A DNA stretch of 64,000 nucleotides from Eledone cirrhosa. Its lineage: Eukaryota. Positions 54,991 to 64,000 of the stretch are shown one piece after another. The position numbers and the translations under genes were made by a program. The stretch covers positions 20,088,001 through 20,152,000 of the forward strand of contig OZ024745.1 in assembly GCA_964016885.1 (NCBI GenBank), in the 5' to 3' direction. How positions within the stretch are numbered: position 1 is the first letter of the stretch; each line of letters starts with the position of its first letter. The notes beneath the pieces are model-generated. The model saw only the letters and a program-made list of their open reading frames with translations. It searched no databases and was not told where the DNA came from.

Positions 54991-55032
<42 letters not shown>

Positions 55033-56388
55033 TGCATTTCATAGCTGTTGTGTGTCTTAATAATTAATCAGTTTCCATATTTATGTTGTCATGTTACAAA
55101 ATCATTATACATCCGCATCTTAAATTGACTAATATAATCTCCCCCAACTTGAAAGACTAGCAAAGTTAGAATTATTGTCATATCTTTACATTTCTACTTT
55201 GCTAAATACTCAGAAAAATTCTCTTGCACTCACTCAGTGCTTAAGGGTGAGCTTCAATATTTTACCATCATTGAAACTCATTTTGTTATTAAGTTTTCAC
55301 TAGAGCAATAATTAATTTAGGATTAAATTCTCAATTAAGCATCTATTGGATTTTGTATTTGTATTTGCCAAAGCTTGTTCTAGAATATACTGTGAATATT
55401 ATGGTGGACAAAAAAATTGTTTTATGTTTACAACAGGTTAGAGAAAATATCTATTTCTGGTTCAATATTTTCTTCCTTCTCCAATATTGTTCATGGTATT
55501 TGCTGTTCTGTGGTGGCTTGCTTTATATATGCTTACCATTTTGTTAAAATTCCGCTTTAAAGCTTTTCAATTATCTCACCTAAGAGTCAAGATAACAAAA
55601 CCATCAGTTATATATATGTATATGATTTCTATTTTAGACAAAATGTTGCTGCCTCTTTTTCTTTTAAATTGCTCCTCCCCCACTTTCTTTTAAATTGCCC
55701 CTCCCCCACTTTTATGTATCCTTTTGTCTCTTTCTCTCTTTTCAACATTCATTTTGTTCACTTGTCCATTTTTCATTTGATCTTAAACACTTCTTCCTCA
55801 ATTTTATCCCCGTTTAATTTTGTAATGCATCCATAATTACTCAACGTTCTGACTTTTGTCTGTTTTTTCCTTTCTTCTACTTCTGCTTCTTCTTCTTCAA
55901 AGTATTCTTCTTTCTTTCTTTCTCTCTGTAATTTCCTCATATTCAAAGTTTAACTGCTAGTTCATTAATGCTGAATGATAAAATTGGTAAAATGCTTGTT
56001 TCTTCTTTTTTTTTCTTTTTCTTTACTAATCAGGTATATTTTCACAATATATTTTAGTTGTTTTATATCATTTTGATTCTTGCGAGTCCTTTTAATTTTC
56101 ATTTTCACTTGTTGCTAGTCTAAATATTTAACCAATGTTTATTTGCAGGTTCCATTTTTCTTTTGTATTACCGAATCTTCAGAAATATGGTTCCTTATTC
56201 ATTCACAGAAAATTATATTAGCTTTACATATGATTTACCTGTCTTTTCCAACCATCTTCTCAGAAATTAATTAATTACTTTGGAAACAAAATACATGGAA
56301 CAATCTTTAAGTCATTTAGAATTATTATTATTATCATCATTATTGTTAATATATAGATGTATATGCATCTATATACATGTGTGTGTGT

Positions 56389-56424
<36 letters not shown>

Positions 56425-56427
56425 CAC

Positions 56428-56474
56428 ACTGAGTGCCCTACTACTACTTCGGTTATAACCCACGAGTGTTCTAC

Positions 56475-56518
<44 letters not shown>

Positions 56519-56624
56519 GTAGAACACTCGTGGGTTATAGCCGAAGTAGTAGAGCAAACTCGTCCCGTGGACTGAGTGCTCTACTACTATGGTTATAACC
56601 CACGAGTGTTCTACTATTATATAT

Positions 56625-56692
<68 letters not shown>

Positions 56693-56752
56693 GTGGAACA
56701 CTCGTGGGTTATAACCGTAGTAGTAGAGCACTCAGTCCACGGGACGAGTTTG
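56428..56752. repeat. Cluster of about 97-bp TIR-bearing units separated by (TA)n, forming nested inverted repeats
   Basis: Full unit at about 56514-56610 with TIR ATAATAGTAGAACACTCGTGGGTTATA; partial copy 56428-56480 and inverted partial copy 56687-56752. Confidence 0.85.
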
Positions 56753-56753
56753 G

Positions 56754-56899
56754 TAGAAATAGTTCCACAACAGTTAGTTCCCCATTACTGAGAACAATTG
56801 TTTCACCTTATTTGGATCATTAGCTCGGTCTGATGATCCAAATAAGGTGAAACAATTGTTCTCAGTAATGGGGAACTAACTGTTGTGGAACTATTTCTA
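56754..56899. repeat. Fold-back palindrome, 70-bp arms, 6-nt loop, ending at (TA)n
   Basis: 56754-56823 is the reverse complement of 56830-56899 with one mismatch. Confidence 0.95.
56830..56865 (+). ncRNA. Minimal type I hammerhead ribozyme core, lacking the 5' strand of stem I
   Basis: CUGAUGA - UCC AAAUAA GGU - GAAAC AAUU GUU; palindromic tetraloop in stem III; stem II weak and stem I not formed. Confidence 0.5.
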
Positions 56900-57529
56900 T
56901 ATATATATATATATAGTCTAACCCATGCTAGCATGGAAGATGGACATTAAACGATGATGATATATATATATAATGTATGAATGTATGTCTGTGTATGTGT
57001 GTATATATGTGTGCGTATGTGTGTATATATATGTGTATGAATGTATGTATGTTTAAAATAAGGTAATATATTTTGCTATTTATACACATGAAAATGTGTA
57101 ATTATTCATTGATGTATGTTCATCTTAACAATAGAAAGACAATTAATTTTCTCCATATATTGAAAATATAATACAACTCAATCTAGAACTGATGTTGCTG
57201 ATATCAATTATTTTCTTAATAATAGAATCCATTGCCAAAAGTAACTGATATTATATTTTCTTAGTTAACTTTACATTAATAGTTGTGAATTGGTTTAACA
57301 GACATATAAGTACAAAGAACATAAGTTTATATGTATTGTAATAGGATAAGAATCTAGGAAAATATAATTTAGTATAATTAATTGCTTTCTATTCTAGGAA
57401 ATATTACCTGAAAAGTTTGTGGTGGGTAGGAACTGAACTTGATTTCCAAACAAATTACATTTGTTTGATAGAAAACTATTTGATAATTACTTAACAAATA
57501 ATATAAATTTTGTCGTTATTCCATAAGCT

Positions 57530-57635
57530 GTCCGCTGAGGTTAACTTTGCCTTTCATCCTTACGGGGTCGATAAAATAAAGTACCAGTAATGCACTGAGT
57601 AATTGCTGGCCTTGTGCCAAAGTAGAAACAATTAT
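57530..57635 (+). mobile_element. SINE family A, 5'-truncated
   Basis: Near identical to 34440-34545. Confidence 0.85.
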
Positions 57636-59618
57636 TTTAAATGTCATTTATCTTTACTTTACAAATTCCATGTTTACACCTATGTCTACATGAATGTGCA
57701 ACACTTCCATGAAATGTGTGCACAGTTTTAAGAGTTTCATCTTTATTTTAATCGGTGGTGGTAAGAAACTTGCTTGAGGTGGGTTTCTTCTCTGAAGACC
57801 TGCTGTTGTCCGGCTCTCCTGAGGGTTTCTTGACCATTTTTCTTAAGTGCAGAATTAACAGAGTTAGTTATTTCTGAAGTAGTAATTATTTTAGTTTAAA
57901 ATCATTTATCTGCTAATTGTTGCCCTACATTAGGTATATAAGAACTTCTTGTTGTTTTAACACTGCCACACCTGGTGGTATTTCACATTAAAGTTTGGTT
58001 GCGAGTTCAAATCCTAGTGAATCCACTGGAATTAAACACCAGTCTCTAAGTATGTCTGATACATAATTCTTGTATTCTGTAATATTCTCTGGCTGGCACC
58101 ACTGATGATACCAACCAGATAATAAATTATTTCAAGATAAAAGGCAGAAAAAATTTTGTATTTAGAGTAAATTAAAATAAAACGAACATTAAATAAAATG
58201 TGGTTTTGATAATACTTTTTATTAAAATCATTAATATAAGAGATAATGTCTACATAGTTACTTCTAGATCTTTCTTCCTATCAATAAACCAATTACAAGT
58301 TATCATTTTTTTAAATGTGTCGCATCCTGTTTGAATTTGACTCTTCCAAGGCCAGCAACTTCACTCTTAAATCTTGGCAATATGTTACTGGAAGTCCTAC
58401 TATACACAAACTTATGCTTGTCCTAACAAGAGAATTTTGACTGAGAAACCACAAAACAAAAAAGATATATAGCCTGAACAAAAAAAACTAACATGAATAA
58501 GTCACTCAATATCAATCAATTAGTAAATAATTTATGACATACATCAATGATACTCTGCTTTTTTTTTTCTACATAGATAAATTGACAATAACGATCTATC
58601 CAAAAGTTTTTCATTGTATTCTATCTCAGATAATGATAATAATAATATAAAATGATACATGAGGCTAATTTGTATTGTTCGTTACCGAGTTGGTGTAGTT
58701 GACTACATAGAAACATTAATGTTTATCCCCAACCAATCCACAGATGAGTAAGCTAATCAGAAGGTACTTACTTGCTCCAACAATATTCATGGAAATATCC
58801 AAATTTGAGAATTCCACCGAATCCTTGTTAGTTTGGGACAGTGTGTAAAGGCTAATATAATGTGTGTATGTTGAGAGAGATTAAGCAATATTTTAGCTAC
58901 AGTTGTCTTTGTATTTAGGAAGATATTTTCATAACTGAACACTATATAGGTAAAATGAAACACAATTCCATCAAAAAGATTCATTATTTGTCCTGAAACA
59001 TTTACTTATTTTGATTTATTTATTCTGACGGTAGATTTTTGTATAAACAAGTTTATTTTTAGAAAGTATATAAAGATAAATAATACCATTTAATTTTAAT
59101 ATTTGTTAATTGAAGATCTGAAATATAATAATAGTTAACTTCATCATATTCCTTTTTTGGTACAGTTGAAATTGACAGCTATAATTATAAATGTAGCAAA
59201 TATATTTAAATATGTAGAAGAAATATATATATATATATACAAGTGGAAGCTTTGTAAAATCTAAACTTTGGCTGTGGCCAAGCTAACAACCTACAATTAG
59301 GAATGAGTAGCAAAGCACTCAATAAGGTAGGCCCTTAGAGTAATAGCATACGTTTAGACAGCTTGACAAATTGAAAATTGCAGCAGGCAGACCTAGCCAC
59401 ACAATACCTATATATAAACAGGTCTATTCAAGTCATCATTTCTTATATATAAAGCATTATAGTTATTGTTGTTGTCATGTATCTCTGGAGTTATTTGATG
59501 AAATCTGGATATTGAAATATAAAATATCTTGGCATAATTTTGGAAGGCTAAAATGGCTATAGACATATCTTTATATTTACAGCTATCTATTAGTAGCCAT
59601 ATTAAATTTACTACTTAA

Positions 59619-59815
59619 CTCTTTAGCATTTAAACTGGCAGTATCCAGCCAGAATTCTCTCACCTTTTTCTCTTCAAACTGGCCACCACTGGCCACTTAT
59701 ACCAATGTTAAGGTATTGTTCTCAAAATAAATAACATCAAAATCTCATAGGTTTGATGTGAGATAAAGCCTTCACCACAAAAATACAATAGGAGAGTAAT
59801 GTAAATGCTAAAGGG
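59619..59815. mobile_element. piggyBac-like MITE family 2, inverted relative to 53249-53458
   Basis: TTAA|CTCTTTAGCATTTA ... TAAATGCTAAAGGG|CTAA. Confidence 0.7.
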
Positions 59816-59887
59816 CTAAACATATAGTTTTCCTTTCCTATAGGTGAAGCAACTATTTTAATGAGTTGTAAGTATTTTATTATTATG

Positions 59888-60065
59888 ATGGCGGTGGATT
59901 GTCAGTTTTGATAGAGCGCCGGACAACATGCTCTGTGGGATATAGTTACAGCACGTTCTGAGTTCAAATCCTGTGGGGGCTAGCTTTGCTTTTCATCCTT
60001 ATGAGGGTCGATACAATAAGGTACCAGTAATGCACTGGGGTCGTTTGAATCGACTGTTCTCTTCA
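59888..60065 (+). mobile_element. tRNA-derived SINE, family A
   Basis: GGCGGTGGATTG..GAGTTCAAATCC..GGGTCGATACAATAAGGTACCAGT. Confidence 0.8.
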
Positions 60066-60823
60066 GTTTCAAATTAGGGAATTCATAATATGCACATTAA
60101 TATTTGGTTCTTGTTCTCATAAAAGAGCAAACAAATATTTTAACTTTAAAAAAAAATGTTATTTAGGTTCAGCAAATTCAAGTATTGTCCTGAATTGTTA
60201 TACTAGTTATCTTTTTAGCTGGCCTTAAAAAACAAAAAAACCCTAGTCATTTGGAGAGGAAAATATTTGTGTTATAATAGTATTTGCTTTTCAGCTAGGG
60301 GCTTTATGAACAAATAATGAATCTTTATATTGTGTTGGTGCTAGTCTCTGGATTGGTATCCTCTTATTACTGAACAGTTAAACTATCAAATAATGCAACA
60401 CACACTCTAAGATCAATTAGATTTTGTTTTCCCTGTCAAAGCAAAATCCTATTGAAGCCACGGTTTTTATACTAGCCTATTAATATAGTAAAAGTCCCTC
60501 TATTTGTAACTTTTGGTTATTTGTATCGCTGTACAATCCATCTATCTTTATTTATAGCAGAGAGGAGAGATATTTCTTTCTCCTTTTGAAAATTAAATGC
60601 GCAGATTTTCATTATTTCATCATTAGATAATTAAAAAGAAAATATGTTAGAATATTACAAACACTAATGTTTCTGTGAAGGTTGGTTTGGAAAGACTGAA
60701 AAGTTCTGAAACTTTTATTCACTGTATTAATATCAAAACTAATTTGCTGCTTCGGATATTATAAGATACAAAATGAGCTAGTGAGATGTTATATAATTTG
60801 GTGCCTCCATATTTGCCTTTCAG

Positions 60824-60928
60824 CCCAGTTCAAATCAAAGGGGGCTTGCTTGGGGTGAACAACCCCGCCAGATCAATAGCTATCTGGGGGCTAACCTTGC
60901 CGCTGATAGACACGGGGGCTCAGTCCAG
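60824..60928 (+). CDS. CSNK1G: Casein kinase I gamma, C-terminal exon (LAADRHGGSVQ)
   Basis: ctttcag|...CAG|gtaggg; PSSNQRGLAWGEQPRQINSYLGANLAADRHGGSVQ matches the AAW..HLAADRHGGSVQ segment of CSNK1G3; 105 nt, phase 0-0. Confidence 0.95.
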
Positions 60929-61903
60929 GTAGGGTACATCTTTTAGTTCATCGCTTTTTGTTTATTTCATTTTTATTTATCAATTTATTTTATATCTGTT
61001 TTTTTTTTCTTTTAAACCTTCAGGGTTTCTCCCCTATTGAAACTCCTTCTATTTTTATCTCTTAACATTGCTTTAGATATCTGGCAATATATTTTCATAA
61101 TAAAATCTTTGAGAAGGGTTTGAAATGTAGCGACACCCTAAATTAAGATCTCTACTGTGAACTTGCCACTTTTGTTTCATATTCCACATCCTTTTAATTA
61201 AATAATCCTGTTCAACATTTCAAATTATTTCCCAAAGTTTTGTTTTGTATGCAATTTTAGATGTATGTTCTTTTTTGTAAGATTGGAAAACTATTCACTT
61301 TGTTGGAAAGAAATTCCACTTATAGCGTACCATTGCCTGTGTGTGTGTATATATATAAAGCTGATGATTCGTTTTGTCACTAAAGTTTCTTATGTCAGCA
61401 AAGGAGTGACTCATCAGCTTCAAATCAATAAACTCCACATTTTCAAGTACCCCTCCCCCCACATTTATGCACTCAAATGTGTGAGTGTGTGTATGTGAGT
61501 GTATGTATGTATGTATGAGTATGTATGTGTATGTATGTGTGTATATACATGTGTCCACATCATCATGTGTTACTTGTTCTATTTACTTTTCTATTCAGAA
61601 CTTTTAGTTAAATATGGGTTTTCCATTCTGGTTTGATCCTTCCTCCCCCCTCCCCCCGCCATCTCTTTTCAAATGACTTAGCATTTAATGAAAATTATTG
61701 TAGTTAGTCTTTTACAATTTCTTAGTAATCTTAGTAATTAATCCTATTTTATATACTTTAATTAATTGCATCATAGTTTTTATTACACAATGGAGAAGGG
61801 CTGGGGCTGCTGCTGAGTGATGGTTCATTTATCTGGTGCAATGCATGTTGTGTGGCACTTCGATGGGCGCCAATGCAGCTGATGTGCAACCCTTAGTCAA
61901 GAA

Positions 61904-61992
61904 CTGTCCAAGGGTAACACAGGTGTCCCAAGGTGAACTCAGCGTGGACAGAAACAACATGTTGAGCAAAAGCTCGCTCGATCTCGATTTTC
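61904..61992 (+). pseudogene. Degenerate 28S rRNA fragment
   Basis: GGTAACACAGGTGTCCCAAGGTGAACTCAGCGTGGACAGAAAC..GAGCAAAAGCTCGCTCGATCTCGATTTTC resembles the conserved LSU segment GGTAACGCAGGTGTCCTAAGGCGAGCTCAG..GGACAGAAAC..AAAAGCTCGCTTGATCTTGATTTTC, as recalled. Confidence 0.85.
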
Positions 61993-62944
61993 GAAAATCT
62001 GATCTGACACACAAAATATTTGATATTATTTATGTGTTTTTAATCTTCCTAATGTGTCTTTAAACTGGTTTTTCCAAATTCTTATATTTTTCTTCTATCA
62101 AACTTTCATCATCCATTTACTCTAAATATTCAACTGTTGATACTTTTTCTAGTTTCTTTAGTTACTTTCAATCATTGTGGAAAACTAAAAGTGAATACAG
62201 TTTATTTTACTTCAATTTCTAGTTGCAGATTTTCTGTATTCAAAGCCCATGTCTTTTTCTCACCTATTGCCATGACATATATTATTACATCTACATCACA
62301 CTGTCTTTAGATCAAACATAAATTATTTGTTTATACTAGATGCAGAGGTATAATGTCATGCACATTTTTGCAGTAACCCCTAAGTTTTACCTAGCAATTA
62401 CTTGATCTACCTCCAACAAACCATAAATAAATTTGTATTTATTTATAATTGGTTATAACTTTATAAATACTTACCATTCTTCATATGACGTCTGTTTCTT
62501 GACTTAATTATTGAAAGTTCTTGTTGATTTGTTGAAAAGATTTTTGTAAAAGTGAAAAAGTCTATTGTATTTTGTTTAAAATAGATGTCTTGTATTTACC
62601 AATAATATTTATAATTTTCTTTGTTTTCCTTTCCTCCTTCATTATAACCACTATATATATATATACATATATACACACACACACACACAAGGTTACTAAT
62701 TAAGATTAATGAGATCATTATTCAACTTATCACTCCATGCTTCAGGAAAATATAGTGTAGATATTATTATATATACTACAGTTGCACCTAAACCATTTCA
62801 ACTTGATTGTAGCACATATCTATCATATATATATATGTGTGTATGTGTATAATATATATATATATATATATAAAGGTACAATAATTTCATTCATATATTT
62901 GCATTTCATTGAAAGGAATGTTCATAGGGGTATCAACAATAATT

Positions 62945-62982
<38 letters not shown>

Positions 62983-63107
62983 GGAAAGTTATATTTAAAA
63001 TTGTTGGGTTACAACTAGTAAATATTTATAACTGATATAAAAGCACTCGACAAATATTTGGAGTATATTTACAATATTAAATAAATGGAAACTATATTTA
63101 TAAAACC

Positions 63108-63184
63108 ATATTTATTTCATTATATATATTTCAGGGATATCATATTAACAATATGCTATACCTTCCTCAGACAAAATACAATAT
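63108..63184 (-). ncRNA. Type I hammerhead ribozyme, mirror copy in the left arm
   Basis: Reverse-complement copy of 63322-63398; here the base of stem II is a perfect AGG/CCU. Confidence 0.75.
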
Positions 63185-63321
63185 AAACAGTTTTATAGAT
63201 AAATAGATTCGACATACCGTAACAACATCGACTTGCATTTGAAGAGGTTGAAAATCAACCTCTTCAAATGCAAGTCGATGTTGTTACGGTATGTCGAATC
63301 TATTTATCTATAAAACTGTTT

Positions 63322-63398
63322 ATATTGTATTTTGTCTGAGGAAGGTATAGCATATTGTTAATATGATATCTCTGAAATATATATAATGAAATAAATAT
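63322..63398 (+). ncRNA. Type I hammerhead ribozyme with minimal stem III (Penelope-like-element type)
   Basis: Stem I AUAUU(G)UAUUUUGU / AUGAAAUAAAUAU; core CUGAGGA 63336-63342; long stem II 63343-63373; GAAA 63374-63377; U-AUAU-A stem III; AUA triplet with cleavage predicted after 63385. Confidence 0.78.
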
Positions 63399-63430
63399 GG
63401 TTTTATAAATATAGTTTCCATTTATTTAAT

Positions 63431-63466
<36 letters not shown>

Positions 63467-64000
63467 AGAATGCTTTGCTGTAACTTTTTGACTAAATAAA
63501 ATAGTCTAATTATAACGGGATATTTAAAGCCTCCGAACAGAAAAAGATGGGCATCAGCACACCAGTTGCTTGCTGGCAAATAACTAGTGTGAGTTCAACT
63601 CCTATGTGTGCTGACAATAAAAAATTTATGGTGAAGCCTTCTATTTTAATTTTCAAACCCTGCTTTTTAAACATAGCTTCTTTGTTAACTATATATACTT
63701 TTTTCCTCTTTTTCTTTCTTACATACCAGCTGACTATAGACCTCTTCTGGTCATGTACATGAAATAATGCAATTATATTTACATAGACTATGGTTGTTAT
63801 AACAGGTTTGAGATATCATAGAATTCTAACATAACAAATGTAAAGGATCTTAATTGACAACATAACTCTAGGCTAGATTTATATAAATCTGTTTAAGATT
63901 GTATATATTTCTCATGTTTTACCAAATCAAATGAATTTATGTGTTGTGGAAATGTATGTATATATATTTTCCTGTTTTATAAAGTCCATGGAATAACATT

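Larger units (their letters stand above)
63070..63436. repeat. Fold-back palindrome, 182-bp arms, 3-nt loop, ending at (TA)n
   Basis: 63070-63251 is the reverse complement of 63255-63436; one mismatch seen (G.U in RNA). Confidence 0.97.

Noticed and set aside
58085-58170. CTGATGA hammerhead candidate
   Set aside because: No closing stem II with GAAA and no stem I partner.

Overview
AT-rich, repeat-dense animal genomic DNA. The SINE/RTE repertoire resembles a coleoid cephalopod such as Octopus (inference). The window appears to lie wholly inside one + strand gene, casein kinase I gamma (CSNK1G/gilgamesh). Four coding exons are clear (8658-8828, 32408-32556, 47036-47137, 60824-60928); the upstream kinase exons and the final exons fall outside the window. 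The long introns hold two large minisatellites (30-bp and 56-bp units, both with higher-order structure), a near full-length decayed RTE-type LINE with TSD, truncated RTE and CR1/L2 pieces, a Tc1/mariner remnant, MITEs, tRNA-SINEs, a 28S rRNA fragment and microsatellites. The most striking signal is two near-perfect fold-back palindromes abutting (TA)n tracts (56754-56899, 63070-63436). Each carries a minimal type I hammerhead motif with a palindromic tetraloop in stem III, as in Penelope-like elements. The 63.3 kb ribozyme is complete, in sense to the host pre-mRNA, and paired by its own antisense arm. There are also candidate microexons and AG|GT recursive splice points. All calls were made by eye, without searches.
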